Virus record (IMG/VR): IMGVR_UViG_3300043640_000027
Span: 1-63,050 of that record
Source of the DNA: a virus
Direction: 5' to 3' (one strand)
Length of the DNA stretch: 63,050 bases
A program made the position numbers and the translations under genes. Positions 59,206-63,050 of this stretch are shown here, in pieces (within the stretch, counting starts at the first letter, position 1; each line of letters opens with the position of its first letter). The notes under the pieces were generated by a model. It was not told the DNA's origin. It searched no databases and saw only the letters and a list, made by a program, of their open reading frames with translations.

Positions 59206-59677
59206 TTACCAATGGTGCGGATAGCACAAAGTTAGGGAACCCCCCACCCACTAAAACTTTATCCGACTCAGACACTATGGTTACCGGGGGCGCGTAGATA
59301 CTGTAACTAGTATCGGAAGTCTTGGTAACTTCTATTATACCTGTGCCGGTTAATGTTATCTGGCCTAGCATGCGGTCATTAATCATATCTGCGATGGCTT
59401 GATCCCCCATCACAAATTCTACAGTAGTACCTGATGGAAACGCCTGTTCTACAGTACCATCTTGCTCACGTATGATTGCTACATTGTTACCGATAAACCC
59501 ATTGGTGCGCACAATCTCATAAGCTGTAGCGGTCTTGATTATTAGATATGTGTAATCTGAACCTTTCAGGCCCAAGCGTAGTTTCCCTAGCAGTTCGTCG
59601 TCTACAGTAATTGCCGTAGCAAAGTCTGTTAGTGACGTCGCTAACTCCCCGCAAAGTCCGTATAAACTCTTAAACAT
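59189..59677 (-). CDS. stand-alone copy of the shared fibre-anchor-like module
   Basis: 162 aa. Motifs DYTYLII, YEIVRT, REQDGT and FPSGTTVEF. The protein ends exactly at SGCCD. Confidence 0.6.
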   Translation of the reverse strand: MFKSLYGLCGELATSLTDFATAITVDDELLGKLRLGLKGSDYTYLIIKTATAYEIVRTNGFIGNNVAIIREQDGTVEQAFPSGTTVEFVMGDQAIADMINDRMLGQITLTGTGIIEVTKTSDTSYSIYAPPVTIVSESDKVLVGGGFPNFVLSAPLVSGCCD

Positions 59678-60107
59678 TTGCGCTACCTGCTATACTTGGA
59701 TCATTCTTATTGTACACTAGGTACGAACAAGATATGTACGTACCTTTGTAGTAGAAGTCTGCCCTATACCATCCACCGTGCATATTAAACAGTGTATCAT
59801 CGAATACGAAAGTGAATCGGTTTTTCTTTTGGTCTACTGGTGTGAAATCTACGGGATTAATCGGTGCGCTCGCTCCACCATTGCCCCCCGAATAGTATGG
59901 CGGTATGTTATACTGCGACGTATAATCTGGCGGCATATTTAGCGAAGTAGGGTCAGGCGGTATATCTGTACCATTAGTATTCTTCCATACGCGGTATATC
60001 TGCAACTTGGTGTCTCCGGTCGTAGTGATCGAAGACAAGTCAGCATTAGATACTGCAATATAGAAAAATGGACTCTTCTTACACACGATGGGGTATGGGT
60101 TCTTCAC
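59670..60107 (-). CDS. hypothetical virion protein
   Basis: 145-aa ORF, coupled. Confidence 0.6.
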   Translation of the reverse strand: MKNPYPIVCKKSPFFYIAVSNADLSSITTTGDTKLQIYRVWKNTNGTDIPPDPTSLNMPPDYTSQYNIPPYYSGGNGGASAPINPVDFTPVDQKKNRFTFVFDDTLFNMHGGWYRADFYYKGTYISCSYLVYNKNDPSIAGSANV

Positions 60108-60742
60108 AGTATTCGCACCGGCTTCATAGAGTTACTATCTACCTTACGATTAGACACTGATAACGCACGCGCAGATAGCAGCATGCGTTCGTAGTCTAGT
60201 TCATACTTCCTAGCCAGATTTGGGTTAGTCCATTCTTTGTTAGGTAGGCACAATAAGTCCGCTACTACTCCGCGCCCTATTTTCTGCCCGAACGGGGTTG
60301 ATATGCTGCGAGGCATGTAGCTTATGCAGTCTTTAGGTATCAGGGTTACATAAACCTTTAGCCCGTCCTTCTGGTCTACGCTTGGTATCTGGCGCAGCCG
60401 AATGCAGTTATTGTCTACTACATCGAACTGGGTTTTCCACCCAACACGTTCATAGCCGTACCAGTAGTACCCATATCGACCCCCCTCTATGCCTACTATA
60501 GAGTATATCTCGTGGTCATCTGGTGCAGTTAGATAGTAGTCTGGTACGCCCGACTGGTAATCCTGAGTTATCTCACAGCACAAGATTCGAGTACGCCGCG
60601 CAAAGTCTATATACTTCTGGCGTAGTAAATCCAGCGCCATAGCCTGCGGTATTTTAGGTACGAACGGAAGTACGTGCCTAAGCATATTATGCAATGGCAC
60701 GCTATCTTGGTAATCTACCGATGTAACATTAGGCGTACTCAC
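60104..60742 (-). CDS. hypothetical virion protein
   Basis: 212-aa ORF, ATGA-coupled. Confidence 0.65.
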   Translation of the reverse strand: MSTPNVTSVDYQDSVPLHNMLRHVLPFVPKIPQAMALDLLRQKYIDFARRTRILCCEITQDYQSGVPDYYLTAPDDHEIYSIVGIEGGRYGYYWYGYERVGWKTQFDVVDNNCIRLRQIPSVDQKDGLKVYVTLIPKDCISYMPRSISTPFGQKIGRGVVADLLCLPNKEWTNPNLARKYELDYERMLLSARALSVSNRKVDSNSMKPVRIL

Positions 60743-61446
60743 GGGCCTGCTCTCCGGTCACCATCGCCTATCTTGCCTTGGTAGTAACCCGATCCATAGC
60801 GAGAAGACTGCTTATAATTAATACCTAGCACGGAATAGAACAATCGTAGGTGTTCGCGACTCTCTGTTTGCGAACTTACCGATTCCATATTAAGTGACTT
60901 AGCCTTACCTAATATAAAGTCCATCAAAGCATTTATATATTTGGGCGGTATGTTGTGGGCTGTATCCCAATCTGATAACGTGAACTGTAGTGCCGCACCA
61001 TCTGTGGTCGCCCACACTGTCGGAGCCATACCCATCGGAACGGGCGGCTCTACGATAAAAGCTCTGGGGTTTTCTTTGCGTATCGCATAGGATACTGCCC
61101 GATATACTGGCGATCCATTTACGAACGAAATATCTGCCGGACAAATATCATAGACAGCAAAACTCTCTGACAATTCTTGATCCATCACTGTCAGAGGCGA
61201 ACCGTCTTTATTATTAGTGACGGAGATTATATTATTAATGGTATCTACACTTTGCTCACGCCCCGGCTTTAGCGTTACTTCTGTACTTTTGGTAAAGTCG
61301 TCTGGGAAATATGTGCATATCTCCGACAGTCCAAGATTCATGTAATCCAAAAGCAAGCCGCGCCCCCAACGAGTGAAGGCGCGGCCATAACGCTGGTCAT
61401 TAAGCTGGGTAGATGCGTGAGTAAGATACTGACCAACTGTATTCAT
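60739..61446 (-). CDS. hypothetical virion protein (head-tail joining region)
   Basis: 235-aa ORF, ATGA-coupled downstream. Confidence 0.65.
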   Translation of the reverse strand: MNTVGQYLTHASTQLNDQRYGRAFTRWGRGLLLDYMNLGLSEICTYFPDDFTKSTEVTLKPGREQSVDTINNIISVTNNKDGSPLTVMDQELSESFAVYDICPADISFVNGSPVYRAVSYAIRKENPRAFIVEPPVPMGMAPTVWATTDGAALQFTLSDWDTAHNIPPKYINALMDFILGKAKSLNMESVSSQTESREHLRLFYSVLGINYKQSSRYGSGYYQGKIGDGDRRAGP

Positions 61447-61473
61447 TACCCACTCCTAGTTAACTGCACCTAC

Positions 61474-61653
61474 TTAAGCATCCTCGCCGGTTTCTTTCTC
61501 TTCTTCGGAATCTTGTTCTGTTTCAGATTCTTCGACCGGATTCGGGATACAAGCCTCAAAATTACGATTGCTTTCGAGGTTCCTTTCGTACAGATAAATC
61601 TGCCCTGTACGTGTATCCCGAAGGTACACTTTACCCTCTTCGTACTCAACCAT
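61474..61653 (-). CDS. hypothetical small acidic protein (59 aa, below track cutoff)
   Basis: Manual translation MVEYEEGKVYLRDTRTGQIYLYERNLESNRNFEACIPNPVEESETEQDSEEEKETGEDA. AAGGTG RBS 5 nt upstream. Preferred over the plus-strand ORF 61417..61665. Confidence 0.5.
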   Translation of the reverse strand: MVEYEEGKVYLRDTRTGQIYLYERNLESNRNFEACIPNPVEESETEQDSEEEKETGEDA

Positions 61654-61661
61654 AAGTCACC

Positions 61662-62261
61662 TTAGAAGTTAGTGGCGGTGTTTTCTCGGGCCTGAACAAT
61701 CAGTAACGAATAGTTCAAACGGAGATTACCGAAACCTGCAAGACCGGCAGTAGCCTTTGTAGCCAGCACTAACTGTGCCATATCAGGCGTTAATACCGCC
61801 TGTGCGGTAGCTAACGACATGGGGCCACTAGCCGCAACCCATGCACCATTAGGGGCGGCGAATCGTCCCGCAGCTACGGCCAGATCGACCGCTACACCCG
61901 CGCCTGCTGCTCCGCCGAACGCCGCGCCCGAAGCCGTAGCTAGTGAAGCTGTAATAGCCCCACCGTCCGCTGCACGCTCTACTTCAAAGTACGCCCCAAG
62001 TACCAAGCAACCCTTTGGGATGAATACTAGGTTGAGTGTATCTGTGGCTGCGATAGCGTTGTTATTCACGTAGTTCCGTAGACCCACGTCATTCTTGAAG
62101 TCCAGCACTCGGCGCAAAACCGCATACGGCGTACCGTAATGCTGCGCCACGTCGATGTTCTGTAGCTTCGCGTCGCCAGAAGCGAACGTATACGAAGGGA
62201 ATTGAGCGCGGGTGTAATTAGCTACGCTCGGGCCACCTTCCCATAACTGATGAGTTGCCAT
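61662..62261 (-). CDS. hypothetical head protein (decoration/accessory candidate)
   Basis: 199-aa Ala/Gly-rich ORF directly downstream of the capsid gene. Confidence 0.6.
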   Translation of the reverse strand: MATHQLWEGGPSVANYTRAQFPSYTFASGDAKLQNIDVAQHYGTPYAVLRRVLDFKNDVGLRNYVNNNAIAATDTLNLVFIPKGCLVLGAYFEVERAADGGAITASLATASGAAFGGAAGAGVAVDLAVAAGRFAAPNGAWVAASGPMSLATAQAVLTPDMAQLVLATKATAGLAGFGNLRLNYSLLIVQARENTATNF

Positions 62262-62279
62262 TTCTTATTACTCCTGCTA

Positions 62280-63050
62280 TTAGGCTGTGGCGAAGGTAGC
62301 GTACAAGTGAACCAGTGCGTCCGGGTACAGAACCTTGAAGCCGTACACCGAAAGACCCTGATAGTAGTTCGCCCAATCGTCTTTATCGGTAACGACGCGG
62401 CTATCTTCGATCTGTGCCGCGAAGGCCGTAGCCATCTTGACACCGGCGACGATATGGTACGCACGAACTGCCCCGTCCATTACGCTAGGTACGTTCTGCG
62501 ATTCCAAGATGATAAAGCCGGCAACATCGCCCTGTAGCTTACCATTAATCATCGGGGTGCTATTTAGCCCGGTCGCGTAGGCTAGACGTAGTTCGCTATT
62601 CTTTAGCACTGTAAGTGCCGCCGACGGAAGTACGATGAATCGACCTTCACGCGGGGCCAGTGCTTCGTCTAGCACCTGCCAAATCTGCGACAGTACCAGT
62701 ACGGCGTTAGCCGAAGTAACCGCAACCGGGGTGCCAGTGACGCCCAAGTTGATATTCTTCGATACTAGACCTGCGGTTGCGCCCTGATTATACGCAGCGA
62801 CATTTGTCCACATTTCTGTGAGTAACTGCGGATCAATGGCGCGCGTCAGTTCATAGCCCGCAGACTTAAGGAAGGCAGCCTTCCAACGGTCGAAGTTCTG
62901 AATCTGGCGTTCGTCGATATGGTTCATCTTAATTGAGAACGTCTTGGCGTAATCAATCGTCATCGTCACGGGTTCACCATCAATGGTGTCGTGGATGATC
63001 TTACCATTCTTATCGTAGTCCCGCACAACTACCTTCGGTTCACGCATGAA
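62280..63050 (-). CDS. major capsid protein, 3' part (upstream part is at 1..292 through the circular junction)
   Basis: The frame stays open to the window end. 62924-63050 duplicates 1-127. The track ORF start (M at 63047) is an internal Met of the joined 311-aa product. Confidence 0.75.
   Translation of the reverse strand, partial: FMREPKVVVRDYDKNGKIIHDTIDGEPVTMTIDYAKTFSIKMNHIDERQIQNFDRWKAAFLKSAGYELTRAIDPQLLTEMWTNVAAYNQGATAGLVSKNINLGVTGTPVAVTSANAVLVLSQIWQVLDEALAPREGRFIVLPSAALTVLKNSELRLAYATGLNSTPMINGKLQGDVAGFIILESQNVPSVMDGAVRAYHIVAGVKMATAFAAQIEDSRVVTDKDDWANYYQGLSVYGFKVLYPDALVHLYATFATA
62924..63050. repeat. 127-bp exact duplicate of bases 1-127 (circular-contig overlap)
   Basis: Base-by-base identical (TCATCTTAATTGAGAACG...CGGTTCACGCATGAA). 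Lies inside the capsid coding sequence. Confidence 0.95.

Noticed and set aside
61417-61665. 82-aa plus-strand ORF between two minus-strand virion genes
   Set aside because: It is hydrophobic and low-complexity and lies on the opposite strand to the operon. A 59-aa minus-strand ORF (61474..61653) with an AAGGTG RBS fits the gap better.

Overview
The window is a complete, circularly closed genome of a tailed dsDNA phage. Unit length is 62,923 bp: bases 1-127 repeat exactly at 62924-63050, so the linearisation point cuts the major capsid gene. Two transcription arms diverge from a 1.5-kb non-coding hub (about 7.7-9.2 kb) packed with AAGAAAC/GTTTCTT iterons. They converge on a hairpin terminator near 39.04 kb.

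Plus arm (9.2-38.9 kb):
- an early five-gene AAA+ ATPase / GS-like amidoligase cassette
- many small translationally coupled ORFs
- four tRNAs (Thr-UGU, Leu-UAG, CAU Ile2/Met, Leu-UAA) plus one aberrant tRNA-like element
- a CsrA homologue, ThyX and a DUF3310-like protein
- family-A DNA polymerase, ATP-dependent ligase and MazG
- Cas4-like and VRR-NUC nucleases, SNF2 helicase, a zinc SSB-like protein and a primase-polymerase/helicase

Minus arm (7.7 kb through the junction to 39.07 kb):
- TerS and TerL
- a lysis cassette, unusually placed between terminase and portal
- portal, scaffold and capsid
- about 20 virion/tail genes, including four proteins that share an N-terminal module ending in a vicinal Cys-Cys motif, and one tandem paralogue pair
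- a 2436-aa protein with an HExxH zincin motif and C-terminal TM segments

I recognised no RNA polymerase, integrase or repressor. All functional calls come from motifs, size and synteny read by eye; no database search was possible.
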